Positions 1-9,131 of a stretch of DNA of 64,000 bases are shown here, one piece after another. Position 1 is the first letter of the stretch. The number at the start of each line of letters is the position of its first letter. Under the pieces are notes generated by a model that ran no database searches, was not told where the DNA came from, and saw only the letters and a list, made by a program, of their open reading frames with translations. A program made the position numbers and the translations under genes. The stretch is from positions 128,001 through 192,000 of the forward strand of contig JASGHJ010000001.1 in the NCBI GenBank assembly GCA_047602405.1, written 5' to 3'. This DNA is from Anaeromyxobacteraceae bacterium. GTDB taxonomy: Bacteria; Myxococcota; Myxococcia; Myxococcales; Anaeromyxobacteraceae.

Positions 1-236
1 ACCCTGCCCGCGTCCCTGAGCCTTGGCCCGACGATCGCGAGCGCCACGCCCGCGATGCCGACGAGCGCATAGACCACGCGCGAGGCCCCGCTTGCCGGCG
101 TCTGCGAGTCGGTCCCGAAGATCGCCCGCACGAGATCGAAGTCGAAGAGGCCCACGAGCCCCCAGTTCACCGCGCCGATCACCGCGAGCCACAGCGACAC
201 CTGCCCCACCACGTTGCTGCCGGCCCTCTCCTGCAT
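1..236 (-). CDS. DUF378-family small membrane protein (partial, runs off window start)
   Basis: Not in ORF track. Manual translation MQERAGSNVVGQVSLWLAVIGAVNWGLVGLFDFDLVRAIFG...SRVVYALVG matches the IGAxNWGLxGxFxFDLV..IFG signature; GGAGG RBS upstream. Confidence 0.8.
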   Translation of the reverse strand, partial: MQERAGSNVVGQVSLWLAVIGAVNWGLVGLFDFDLVRAIFGTDSQTPASGASRVVYALVGIAGVALAIVGPRLRDAGR

Positions 237-529
237 GGCTTCCTCCCGCCCGCCCGCTCTTCCGCCGGTGGCGTGAATGCGCTCCTCGTGAATTCGAGGT
301 CCCATCGATGGGGACCGCCACCGCGAAGGGCAACCCGGCTCGGCCATCCGCGCCTGCCGCTGCCGGACCGCTGATCGCTTCGCGCCGGACTTGCCGCCGG
401 TCCAGTCCGCACGCGCCTGCCCGCTCCCACCCGGGCTCACGCGCCCGGGTGCGCCAGCCGGGCGCTGCGTCATCGGGCGGCGTTGACCTCGCCCCCGCCC
501 GGCGCGCCTGCTCGGTGACGGAGGTGTCC

Positions 530-1147
530 ATGGCCGAGCAGCTCACGCTGGACCGCCGCACGACCGCCATGGTGGTCGTCGACATGCAGAACGCCTTCCT
601 GGACCCGAAGGGCTCGCTCGGACGCATGGGCGTGCCGATGGAGCGGACGCGCCGGCCGGTCCCGCACGTCGAGCGCCTGCTCGTCGCGGCCCGCTCGGTG
701 AAGGTGCCGGTGGTGCACCTGCGCTTCGTGCTCCAGAAGGACCTCGCCGACCTCGGCGTGCTCGGCGTGAAGTTCCCGCCGCTGCGCGAGCTCGGCCACT
801 GCGCCGAGGGCTCCTGGGACGCCGACTACTACCCCGGCATGAAGCCCGAGCCCGGCGATCACGAACTCGTGAAGAACCGGTTCAGCGGCTTCCACGGCAC
901 GGGCCTCGACTCGCTCCTCAGGAACCTCCACGTGGACACGCTCGTCGTCTGCGGCGTCGCGACGAACGTCTGCGTCGAGTGCACGGTGCGCGACGCCTTC
1001 ATGCACGACTACCGCGTCGTCGTCCCTGCCGAGGCCACCGGCTCGTACACCGAGGAGATGGAGGCCCACGCGCTTGCCGCGATGGCGTTCTCGTTCGCGA
1101 CGGTCACCCGGGTCGACGAGGTCGTGCGGGCGCTCCACGGCCCGTGA
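530..1147 (+). CDS. Isochorismatase/cysteine hydrolase family protein
   Basis: VVDMQN, K-x-[16 protein letters not shown] motifs; GGAGG RBS before ATG 530. Confidence 0.9.
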   Translation: MAEQLTLDRRTTAMVVVDMQNAFLDPKGSLGRMGVPMERTRRPVPHVERLLVAARSVKVPVVHLRFVLQKDLADLGVLGVKFPPLRELGHCAEGSWDADYYPGMKPEPGDHELVKNRFSGFHGTGLDSLLRNLHVDTLVVCGVATNVCVECTVRDAFMHDYRVVVPAEATGSYTEEMEAHALAAMAFSFATVTRVDEVVRALHGP

Positions 1148-1202
1148 CCCCGTCGCCGCGACGACACCCCTTCCCGGTGACGCCGGGCCCCCTCCGCTTT
1201 CG

Positions 1203-1231
1203 TTGACAGGCGGGGCGCCGCCACCTTACTT
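1203..1231 (+). promoter_or_regulatory. Possible sigma70 promoter for nhaA
   Basis: TTGACA (1203-1208), 17 nt, weak -10 TTACTT immediately before the riboswitch-like leader. Confidence 0.45.
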
Positions 1232-1238
1232 CTGGCCC

Positions 1239-1282
1239 GGGTGCGGCGCTTCCCGCCGCAGGATCCGGAGCAGTCGGGCCGC
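1239..1282 (+). ncRNA. Probable nhaA-I RNA motif (Li+-I riboswitch)
   Basis: GGGTG-[stem TGCGGCG/CGCCGCA]-CAGG...GTCGGGCCGC directly upstream of nhaA; resembles the nhaA-I consensus as recalled, not searched. Confidence 0.65.
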
Positions 1283-1317
1283 TGCTCTTCACGCGCCGTC
1301 TCGGCGCCTGGAGCCCC

Positions 1318-2643
1318 GTGCACCGGCCCCTCTCCGTGCCCGTCCGCCGCCCCATCTTCGGCGCCGTCATCGCCCCGATCCGCGCGTTCTTCGCGCTCGA
1401 GGCCGCGAGCGGCGTCGTGCTCTTCGCCGCCGCCGCCGCCGCGCTCCTGTGGGTCGACCTCGGCGGCGCCGCGAGCTACGAGGCCTTCCGCTCGCTCCCG
1501 CTCACGGTCGGGCTGGGCGGCGGGTCCGCCACGTTCACGCTCCGGCAGCTCATCGACGACGGCCTGATGACGCTGTTCTTCCTGCTCGTCGGCATGGAGA
1601 TCAAGCGCGAGCTCGTGCTCGGCGAGCTCCGGGTCCCCGCCCAGGCGGCGCTCCCGGCGATCGCAGCGCTGGGCGGCATGGTCGTGCCGGCTGCCCTCTA
1701 CGCGGCCTTCAACCACGGCGGCCCGGGGCGGCCGGGCTGGGGCATCCCGATGGCGACGGACATCGCCTTCTGCATCGGGGTGCTCACGCTGCTTCGCGCG
1801 CGCGTCCCGCACGCGCTCACCGTCTTCCTCACCGCGCTCGCGATCTTCGACGACATCGGCGGCATCATCGTCATCGCGATCTTCTACGGGAGCGGCGTGC
1901 ACGCGGCCTGGCTCCTCGCCGGCGCGGGCGTCGCGCTCCTGCTCGCGCTCGCGGGCCGGGCCCAGGTCGGCCATCCCCTCGTGTACGTCGGCCTCCTCGC
2001 GGCGCTCTGGTACGCGCTCCACCACGGCGGCGTCCACCCGAGCATCGCCGGGGTCGTGACCGGCCTCGCCGTGCCGGCCCGCACCCGGCGGCCCCCGGAG
2101 GAGACGCTCGAGGAGCTCGCCACCCACGCGGCCACGCTCGCGGAAGAGCGGAGCGACGAGGGCCGCGGCGGCGAGGCGCTCCTCGCCATCGAGCAGAAGC
2201 TCGAGGAGCTCGAGTCGCCGCTCGGCCGGTTCGTGCACGCGCTCCACCCCTGGGTGGCCTTCGGCATCATGCCGGCCTTCGCGCTCGCGAGCTCCGGGGT
2301 GGACCTGGGCGGCCTCGGCGCGGAGGCGCTCGCGAGCCCGATCGTGCTCGGGACCGCCGTGGCGCTCGTCGTCGGCAAGTTCCTCGGCATCTCGGCCTTC
2401 ACGCTCGCGGCCGTTCGCCTCCGGCTCGCGGCGATGCCCGGCGGCGCTTCGGTGCCGAAGCTGCTCGGCGTCGCGGCGATCGGCGGCATCGGGTTCACGG
2501 TGGCGCTCTTCATCGCCGGCCTCGCGTTCCCCGGCGCGCCGCGGCTGCTCGACGAGGCCAGGCTGGGCATCCTCGCGGGCTCGCTCGTGGCGGGGCTGCT
2601 CGGGAGCGCCGTGCTCCTCTCGACGCCGCGGACCGAGGCCTGA
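1318..2643 (+). CDS. nhaA: Na+/H+ antiporter NhaA
   Basis: [46 protein letters not shown] motifs. Confidence 0.95.
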   Translation: MHRPLSVPVRRPIFGAVIAPIRAFFALEAASGVVLFAAAAAALLWVDLGGAASYEAFRSLPLTVGLGGGSATFTLRQLIDDGLMTLFFLLVGMEIKRELVLGELRVPAQAALPAIAALGGMVVPAALYAAFNHGGPGRPGWGIPMATDIAFCIGVLTLLRARVPHALTVFLTALAIFDDIGGIIVIAIFYGSGVHAAWLLAGAGVALLLALAGRAQVGHPLVYVGLLAALWYALHHGGVHPSIAGVVTGLAVPARTRRPPEETLEELATHAATLAEERSDEGRGGEALLAIEQKLEELESPLGRFVHALHPWVAFGIMPAFALASSGVDLGGLGAEALASPIVLGTAVALVVGKFLGISAFTLAAVRLRLAAMPGGASVPKLLGVAAIGGIGFTVALFIAGLAFPGAPRLLDEARLGILAGSLVAGLLGSAVLLSTPRTEA

Positions 2644-2760
2644 GCGCGGCCAGCGGTCGTTGGACGGGCCGCCGGGCGGCCGCCCCCGGGCCGAGCGTCG
2701 CGACCGCCGCCGTTGCGGGTCGCCGCGCCGGTCCTCAACGTTTCCGCGAAGGAGAGCCCC

Positions 2761-3144
2761 ATGCCCGGCCCGGACGACATCCCCGGAACCCTGCGCCGCT
2801 CGCCCGCGAAGGCGCAGCGCACCTGGAAGAAGACGCACGACCACGCGGTCGAGGAGTACGGCGAGGGCGAGCGCGCGCACCGCACCGCGATGGCGGTCCT
2901 GAAGCGCGGCTTCGAGAAGGTGGGCGACCGCTGGGCGCCGAAGAAGCGGCCCGGGCCCTCCGACCCGCGCTCGAAGAAGTCCACGCCGGAGAAGCGCGCC
3001 GGGAAGGGCGAGACCTTCGGCGGCGTCGACTTCGAGGGCCACACCGCCGGGGAGCTCCGCGAGCGGGCGAAGCGGCTCGGCGTCGGAGGGTACTCGCGCA
3101 TGAACAAGCGCGAGCTCGCCCGGGCGATCGCGAAGAAGGGGTAG
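2761..3144 (+). CDS. ChaB-family protein with C-terminal Rho_N-like helix pair
   Basis: [36 protein letters not shown]...[13 protein letters not shown]-terminal [22 protein letters not shown]. Confidence 0.8.
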   Translation: MPGPDDIPGTLRRSPAKAQRTWKKTHDHAVEEYGEGERAHRTAMAVLKRGFEKVGDRWAPKKRPGPSDPRSKKSTPEKRAGKGETFGGVDFEGHTAGELRERAKRLGVGGYSRMNKRELARAIAKKG

Positions 3145-3173
3145 GCCGTCTCGCTCGCCTCGATGGGCGGCGC

Positions 3174-3430
3174 TCAGTGAAGGTGGATGATCTGGCCGCT
3201 CTGCCCCTCGAGCACCACCTCGACCGTGAAGCCGTCGACGCTCGCCGGGACCTTCGCGTAGACCTCCGACGAGGTCCAGCGGACCACGACCTCGGTCTCC
3301 ACGCCCTGGCCGATCACCTCGATCGGCCGCGCCGAGACGAACCACGGCTGGCCCCGGCACAGGATGAGCTGGATCACACCCGCGGCCCCGCACGCGACCT
3401 TCCACTCGCGGCACGCGCGGGCGTGAACCG
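3174..3430 (-). CDS. Small hypothetical protein (start uncertain)
   Basis: 3' part of ORF 3174..3830 has strong GC3 codon bias ([25 protein letters not shown]...IIHLH). Confidence 0.45.
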
Positions 3431-3926
3431 GCCGCGGGACGGACCGGCGGCCGTGGCGCGGGCGAAGGAGCGCGATCGGCTGCTCGTGGAGTTCGTGAAG
3501 GGCGCCGACCCGCGCCTCCGCTCGAAGCTCCTGGGCGTGCTGCAGGCAACCGGTCGCCCGGGCCGCCCATGCCGCGAAGGCCGCGGAAGGCACTGCTCGC
3601 CGCCGCCGAACGGCGCCCCGAAGGGCGCCAACGTAGGCACAGGTGAGGCTTTTCGCGCCCTTACCAGGCCCCCGGCGGTGAGCCGGCCTTCCCCCCGGAC
3701 GGCCGGCGGGTCCCCCCGCCATGGAAGAAGGAGGTATGCCGTCCAGCTGGCCCCGCCGCGTCGGGCGGTCCGGTCTTCCCCTCCCACGAAATTGTTGCGT
3801 CACCCTCTGGATCTTCCGCTCCAGATCCACTACACGTTTCCGTCGCCATCCGCTCAGGACGGCAGCAGCAAGGCGCGGGGCAATTTCAGCACCGCGTTAA
3901 CAGAGAGAAAAGAGAACGTACAAAGC

Positions 3927-4130
3927 ATGGCTTCCGGTACCGTGAAGTGGTTCAACGACGCGAAGGGCTTCGGCTTCATCACCCAGACGGACGGTGGTGA
4001 GGACGTCTTCTGCCACCACACCGCCATCCAGGCCGACGGGTTCCGCACCCTCGCCGAGGGCCAGAAGGTGGAGTTCGACGTGGTCCGCGGCCCCAAGGGC
4101 CTGCAGGCCGCGAACGTCCGCGCGGTCTAA
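3927..4130 (+). CDS. cspA: Cold-shock protein (CspA family)
   Basis: [18 protein letters not shown]...DVFCH, RNP1/RNP2 motifs; purine-rich leader. Confidence 0.97.
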   Translation: MASGTVKWFNDAKGFGFITQTDGGEDVFCHHTAIQADGFRTLAEGQKVEFDVVRGPKGLQAANVRAV

Positions 4131-4155
4131 CCACCTCGCGACGACGTCACACGGG

Positions 4156-4188
4156 AACCCGGCCGCTCGCGGCCGGGTTTTCGCGTTT
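4156..4188 (+). terminator. Rho-independent terminator after csp
   Basis: AACCCGGCCG-CTCG-CGGCCGGGTT followed by TTCGCGTTT. Confidence 0.85.
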
Positions 4189-4216
4189 CAGGAGTCCGAC
4201 GTCGCGAGGGCGACGC

Positions 4217-4648
4217 TCAGCCCCGCGCGACCCCGAGCGCCTCGAGCCGCTCCCGCACGCTCCCCACGCAGCGGTCCTCGTCGCCGCGCCCGTGCTCCGG
4301 CGCCGCGCACCTCACCCGGAGCGTGACGGCGACCTCGTCCTGGGTGCGATCGTCCGGCGCCTCGTAGAGCTTCTGCGTCGCCGGGATCACCTCCGCCCGG
4401 TCGCCGGCGCCGGCCTCCGCGGCGACCTGCTCCGCGAAGCTCCGGAGCTCCCCGAGCAGGCGCTCGCACGCGGGGCACCCCGGCGTGCCGAGCCGCTCGC
4501 GGTCGTGGTGGGCGAGCAGGCGCACCCTCACGCCCACGAGCTCGGACCCGTCGCCCGTCTCGCCCTCGACCGGGTCCGCCTCCTCGCGCTCGAGCTCGTA
4601 CCGGACGTGCGCCGTCCGCACGAACTCCGGCTGTCCCTGGCTGTCCAT
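4217..4648 (-). CDS. Hypothetical protein with CxxC
   Basis: MDSQGQPEFVRTAH...PGCPACER...; good codon bias. Confidence 0.65.
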   Translation of the reverse strand: MDSQGQPEFVRTAHVRYELEREEADPVEGETGDGSELVGVRVRLLAHHDRERLGTPGCPACERLLGELRSFAEQVAAEAGAGDRAEVIPATQKLYEAPDDRTQDEVAVTLRVRCAAPEHGRGDEDRCVGSVRERLEALGVARG

Positions 4649-4715
4649 GCTGCAAACCTGGGGATCCCTCCTTCGCCCTTCGCATGGGGCCTCCCCATCC
4701 TGTAGGGTGCGCACC

Positions 4716-5663
4716 GTGACCGACCCCAACACCCCGTCCGCCCCGCCGCCGCCCCTCATCCCCGTCGGTGCCCACGTCACGAGCCGCCACGCTCCGGAGT
4801 GGGGCAAGGGTGTGGTGATGAGCCGCGACGGCAAGCTCGTCCGGGTCCTCTTCTTCGCGCACCCGGCGAAGAAGCCCGTCGCGGTCCCGGCCACCTCGCT
4901 CGTCGTCGGCCACGTCGCGAGCTGGCCCGACCCGTCGAAGTACACGGGCCCCACTGGCGGCACGGCGGTGAAGGCGAAGTCGAAGGCGAAGGCGAAGCCC
5001 AAGGCGGCGAAGGTCGCGAAGCGCTCCCGCGAGGAGGGGCTCGCGTTCTTCAAGAACCTCTTCCCGGCCGGCTTCACCGACCCGCGCTACCTGAAGGAGG
5101 AGCGCGACTACAAGTGGGCCGCCCACGAGCAGTTCGAGCAGACGCTCGGCAAGGCCGAGCTCGCGCGGCTCATCGACGCGGGGGACGCGGCCGAGCTCGC
5201 GAAGCGCGCGCTCGCGGTCGAGACGGTCAGCCAGAACCTCCTCCACCCGATCGAGAAGGCGCGCCTCAAGGACGCCTTCGCCGACGCGGAGAAGACGCTG
5301 GGCTACTTCCGCGCGCTGAAGGAGCTGCTCGAGGCCGACGCGCCCGAGGGCGCCTTCGCCGGGTTCGTGAAGGCCGTCGAGGCGCTGCCGAGCAAGAAGG
5401 GCAAGGCGGCGAACTGGACGCTCACGACCATCATCCCGTTCCTCGCGCGGCCGGACACGTTCCTGTTCGTGAAGCCGAGCGCCACCCAGGAGTCGGCCGC
5501 GCGCTACTCCTTCGACCTCATGTACAAGCCGACGCCCTCGGTCGAGACGTTCGTGCAGCTGAAGGAGCTCGTGAAGCTGCTGCGCGCCGACCTCGATCCG
5601 CTCGGCTGCCGCGACCTCATCGACGTCTACTCGTACATCTACCGGTCGGCGAGCGAGGACTGA
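4716..5663 (+). CDS. DUF3553-like N-terminal SH3-like domain protein (paralog A)
   Basis: GAHVTSRHAPEWGKGVV...V.F; FPAGFTDPRY; TIIPFLARPD.FLFVKP; similar to 5680..6720. Confidence 0.75.
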   Translation: MTDPNTPSAPPPPLIPVGAHVTSRHAPEWGKGVVMSRDGKLVRVLFFAHPAKKPVAVPATSLVVGHVASWPDPSKYTGPTGGTAVKAKSKAKAKPKAAKVAKRSREEGLAFFKNLFPAGFTDPRYLKEERDYKWAAHEQFEQTLGKAELARLIDAGDAAELAKRALAVETVSQNLLHPIEKARLKDAFADAEKTLGYFRALKELLEADAPEGAFAGFVKAVEALPSKKGKAANWTLTTIIPFLARPDTFLFVKPSATQESAARYSFDLMYKPTPSVETFVQLKELVKLLRADLDPLGCRDLIDVYSYIYRSASED

Positions 5664-5679
5664 TCCGCCCGAGCTCCGG

Positions 5680-6720
5680 TCACGGAGCCGACGGGGCGCG
5701 CTTCCCCGCGCCCGCCGCCTTCCGCCTGGCCGTCGCCTTCGGCGCCGGCGGCTTGGACACCGGCTCCTTCGACGCGGTCGCCTTCGACGCGGGCTCCTTC
5801 GCGACCTTCGCCTTCGCAGGCTTCGCGAGCGCCACCTGCATGAAGACCTCGACGTCCGCGTGGTCGCGGGCGCCGAGCGGCTTCAGCTTCTCGAGCAGTC
5901 CGGCCGACGCGGCCACGATCGATGCGTAGCTCGTCCAGCTCGGCACGGCGTCGTAGGTGACGTCGAGCTCGAGCCGCTGCGCCGCCTCGCGGGCAGCCCG
6001 CGGCCGCACGAGCACGTGCAGGTCCGGCCGGGCGAGGAACGGGAAGAGCGTGATGAGCCGCCAGCCGGTCTCGGCCTCCTCGAGCTCGAGCTCGGCGACG
6101 GCGGCCGCGAGCGCCTCGAACCTGGCGCGCTGCGGGCGCACGGCGCCGACGAACGCGAACAGCGCCTGCCAGTAGGCAGCGGCGCGATCGGGGTCGGCGA
6201 GCCAGGTGTCGATGGGCTCCCGGTCGGCCTCCCGGGCCTGCACCTTCAGGTGCTTCTCGATCTTGCGCGCCCCCTCGAGGAGCGCGCGGAGCTGGCCCGC
6301 GTCGAGCAGCTTCTCCCCGCGGCCGTCGCCGAAGGTCGCCGCGTACTCGTCGACCGCGCGCCGCCAGCGCACCGCGCGGTCGCTCCTCGCGCCGTCGCCC
6401 TCCAGGTAGGCGGGATCCCGGAACGCGGCCGGGAACTCGGCCGTGAACCGCTCGACCGCCTCCTGGTGCGAGAGCGAGGTCGCGGCGCGACCGTAGCGGC
6501 CGGACTTCTCGTCGAGCACGAAACCGGTCAGGCCGGAGAGCCAGGGGTTGGACGCGGGCGCCGGCGTGAAGAACGGGAGCGCCATCGGCAGCCGCAGCTT
6601 GGTCGCGTGGCGGGGATCGCCGTCCGCGAAGACCACGTGGACCGCGGCCTTGTCGACCGCGACGACCTTGCCGAGCCCCAGCGACGCGTGCTTCACGAGC
6701 AACCCGCTCTTCAGCTCCAT
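5680..6720 (-). CDS. DUF3553-like domain protein (paralog B) with Lys/Ala-rich tail
   Basis: GLLVKHASLGLGKVV...V.F; FPAAFRDPAY; TLFPFLARPD.HVLVRP. Confidence 0.75.
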   Translation of the reverse strand: MELKSGLLVKHASLGLGKVVAVDKAAVHVVFADGDPRHATKLRLPMALPFFTPAPASNPWLSGLTGFVLDEKSGRYGRAATSLSHQEAVERFTAEFPAAFRDPAYLEGDGARSDRAVRWRRAVDEYAATFGDGRGEKLLDAGQLRALLEGARKIEKHLKVQAREADREPIDTWLADPDRAAAYWQALFAFVGAVRPQRARFEALAAAVAELELEEAETGWRLITLFPFLARPDLHVLVRPRAAREAAQRLELDVTYDAVPSWTSYASIVAASAGLLEKLKPLGARDHADVEVFMQVALAKPAKAKVAKEPASKATASKEPVSKPPAPKATARRKAAGAGKRAPSAP

Positions 6721-6916
6721 CCCGCACTCCTCTGGCCGGGCACCCGGGCGAACGTCCTCCCGGGCCGCGCCGACGGCCGGCGAAATCCTCGTGTGGCCGA
6801 GGGGAGCCGCGTGTGGCGTGCGGGATCGCCGACGGGGGCGGGGATGCCGGCGGAGAGCGCCGGTGAATCAGGTATAACCCGGAGTTAGCTCGGGCGCACG
6901 CCCGACGCGGCCCGCG

Positions 6917-7096
6917 CTACCGCCGCTGCTTCAGCCGCTTCGCCTCGGCGCGCCCGGCCGCGCGGGCGCGGCTCTCGCTGCAGAAGGTCGCGTAGCGGCG
7001 GCCGTCGATCGTCACCTTCCACAGCTGCTTGTCGACGCGCTCCAGCTGGATCTGGTGCGCGCCCACCTGGAAGGAGACGACCGGGTTCGTGGTCAC
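6917..7096 (-). CDS. Small hypothetical protein, 59 aa
   Basis: Below ORF-track cutoff; MTTNPVVSFQVGAHQIQLERVDKQLWKVTIDGRRYATFCSESRARAAGRAEAKRLKQRR with near-perfect GC3. Confidence 0.7.
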   Translation of the reverse strand: MTTNPVVSFQVGAHQIQLERVDKQLWKVTIDGRRYATFCSESRARAAGRAEAKRLKQRR

Positions 7097-7201
7097 TTCT
7101 CGCTATTTAGCACCCCGACCGGCCGTTCGCCTCCTTTCCGCCCACCACGTGGGGACCCGGATGACCGTGCAGCGGCGGCCGCGGCGGCGTATCACCGGAG
7201 G

Positions 7202-7426
7202 ATGAACGACGGCTTCGGCGCGGTGAAGGCAAGGATGCGGGCGCTCGACGCGCAGCTCACCTCGCAGCAGGGCGGGACGCTCGGGAACCTCGAGTTCGCG
7301 CGCGCGCTCTCGAAGGCGCGCCGCCTGCTCCGCGACGGTGACCGCACCCGCGAGCCCACCCGCGAGCTCCTCGCCGCCGTCGAGCTCGCCGAGAACCTCG
7401 GCCGGCTCGTGGTCCGCACGGCCTGA
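7202..7426 (+). CDS. Small helical hypothetical protein
   Basis: MNDGFGAVKARMRALDAQL...; good codon bias. Confidence 0.65.
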   Translation: MNDGFGAVKARMRALDAQLTSQQGGTLGNLEFARALSKARRLLRDGDRTREPTRELLAAVELAENLGRLVVRTA

Positions 7427-7453
7427 GGTCGAGACCGCCGCTCCCGCCCGTCA

Positions 7454-7474
7454 TGTCCGCCCCGGCGCGATGAT
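7454..7474 (+). promoter_or_regulatory. TGTCCG-N9-xAxxxT promoter motif (sirtuin)
   Basis: TGTCCG CCCCGGCGC GATGAT, 8 nt before GTG 7483. Confidence 0.6.
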
Positions 7475-7482
7475 CGCGCCCC

Positions 7483-8316
7483 GTGACGACCTCCGCTGCC
7501 ATCTCCGCCGCCGCGCTCGCGCTCCGCGAGGCCGAGGTGCTCCTCGTGGGCGCGGGCGCCGGCATCGGCGTCGACTCCGGCCTGCCGGACTTCCGCGGCG
7601 ACCAGGGCTTCTGGAACGCCTACCCGCCCTACGAGAAGCTCGGCCTCACCTTCGTGGACGCCGCGAACCCGGAGCACTTCGGGGACGACCCGGCGTTCGG
7701 CTGGGGCTTCTACGGCCACCGGCTCGGGCTCTACCGCGCGACCGTGCCGCACGCCGGCTTCGCGCTGCTCCGCCGCTGGGCCGAGGCCCGCGGGCTCGCG
7801 TCGTTCGTGTTCACCTCCAACGTCGACGGCCAGTTCCAGAAGGCCGGCTTCGACCCCGCGCGCGTCGCAGAGGTCCACGGCTCCATCCACCACCTCCAGT
7901 GCGCCGGGCCGTGCACCGAGGCCATCTGGGAGAACCGCGAGGAGGTCCCGGTCGACCTCGCGACGATGCGCGCCCGCGCGATCCCCCGTTGCCCGCGCTG
8001 CCGCGGCGTCGCCCGCCCGAACATCCTCATGTTCGGCGACTTCGGCTGGATCCCCGACCGCTCGACGAAGCAGGGCGAGGCCTTCGACGCGTTCCTCGAG
8101 GAGCACCGCGGGCGCCGCACCGTCATCATCGAGCTCGGCGCCGGGAAGGCCATCCCGAGCGTGCGCGTGAAGGCCGAGCGCCTCGCGCAGCGGCCCGGGG
8201 TCGTGCTCGTGCGGATCAACCCGCGCGAGGCCGACGGGCCGAAGGGGACGATCTCGATCCCGGCCGGCGCGCTCGAGGGGCTGGGCGCGATCCAGGCGGA
8301 GCTCGACGCCGGGTAG
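7483..8316 (+). CDS. Sir2-family NAD-dependent deacylase
   Basis: GAGAGIGVDSGLPDFRG, TSNVD, EVHGS, C..C/CPRC zinc site, RPNILMFGD, RINP. Confidence 0.92.
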   Translation: MTTSAAISAAALALREAEVLLVGAGAGIGVDSGLPDFRGDQGFWNAYPPYEKLGLTFVDAANPEHFGDDPAFGWGFYGHRLGLYRATVPHAGFALLRRWAEARGLASFVFTSNVDGQFQKAGFDPARVAEVHGSIHHLQCAGPCTEAIWENREEVPVDLATMRARAIPRCPRCRGVARPNILMFGDFGWIPDRSTKQGEAFDAFLEEHRGRRTVIIELGAGKAIPSVRVKAERLAQRPGVVLVRINPREADGPKGTISIPAGALEGLGAIQAELDAG

Positions 8317-8329
8317 TCCCGGGCGGCCG

Positions 8330-8350
8330 TGTCCGTCCCTCCGGTAGACT
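8330..8350 (+). promoter_or_regulatory. TGTCCG-N9-TAxxxT promoter motif (TPR/SNF2/SWIM genes)
   Basis: TGTCCG TCCCTCCGG TAGACT. Confidence 0.65.
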
Positions 8351-8455
8351 CCTCTCACCATCACGACGAGGCGAGAGCCGCGGCTCGACGACCCTCACCA
8401 ACCCCCGGCGGGCTCGCCGCCGGAACGGTGGCAATGCCGCGCGATGGAGGACCCG

Positions 8456-9079
8456 ATGCGCACGTTCCCCGACGTCCGTTTCCGCAAGCTCAACTCCGAG
8501 GCCCAGCACGCCGGGCGGCTGCTCGACGACCGGCGCTACGCCGAGGCCAGGGAGGCGTTCACCACCGCGCGCGCCCGCGCGCGCAAGCTCGGCCTCGACT
8601 CCGCGTACCTCGCGTGGGGCCTCGCGGTCGCGCTCGACATGACGGAGGAGACCGAGATGGCGTTCAAGGTCATCGCAGAGTCCGTCGCCATGGACCCGCT
8701 CAACCCGGCCGCGCAGCACTCGTTCGACACCATCGCCTGGAAGCTTCGGGCGACGCTCGAGGACCCCGACCGCGCGGCCGGCGACCCGTCGACGCCGCGC
8801 ATCTACGCCCTCCTCCTCGAGGCCGGCGAGGCCGACGTCGCCGCGCACGTGGCGATGGCGCGCCACCTCGACGCGACCGGCGACACGGCCGGCGCGCTGC
8901 GGCTCCTCGACTCGGTCACGCGGCTCGCGCCGGTCTCGCGCGACGCGTGGGCCGCGAGGGCCAGGGTCGCGCGCGCCGCCGGCGACGAGGCGCTCGCGGC
9001 CGAGTGCGACGCGCAGGTCGCGGCGCTCGGGACCGCGCGCATCCCGTTCGCGATCCCCGGCGAGCGGGCGGCGTGCTGA
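8456..9079 (+). CDS. TPR-like helical protein (paralog 1)
   Basis: All-helical pattern; near-identical blocks with 51979..52590 (DSAYL, DPSTPRxYALL..AGEAD..AHVAMAR); GGAGG RBS. Confidence 0.75.
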   Translation: MRTFPDVRFRKLNSEAQHAGRLLDDRRYAEAREAFTTARARARKLGLDSAYLAWGLAVALDMTEETEMAFKVIAESVAMDPLNPAAQHSFDTIAWKLRATLEDPDRAAGDPSTPRIYALLLEAGEADVAAHVAMARHLDATGDTAGALRLLDSVTRLAPVSRDAWAARARVARAAGDEALAAECDAQVAALGTARIPFAIPGERAAC

Positions 9080-9131
9080 GCGAGGGCGAACCGTCGCCGT
9101 CCGGCCACCGTGATATGGCCTGAGCGGAGCC

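Noticed and set aside
7483..8316. Sirtuin as an anti-phage NADase (Thoeris/DSR type)
   Set aside because: It is a compact zinc-binding deacylase-type sirtuin with no fused sensor domain or TIR/pAgo partner.
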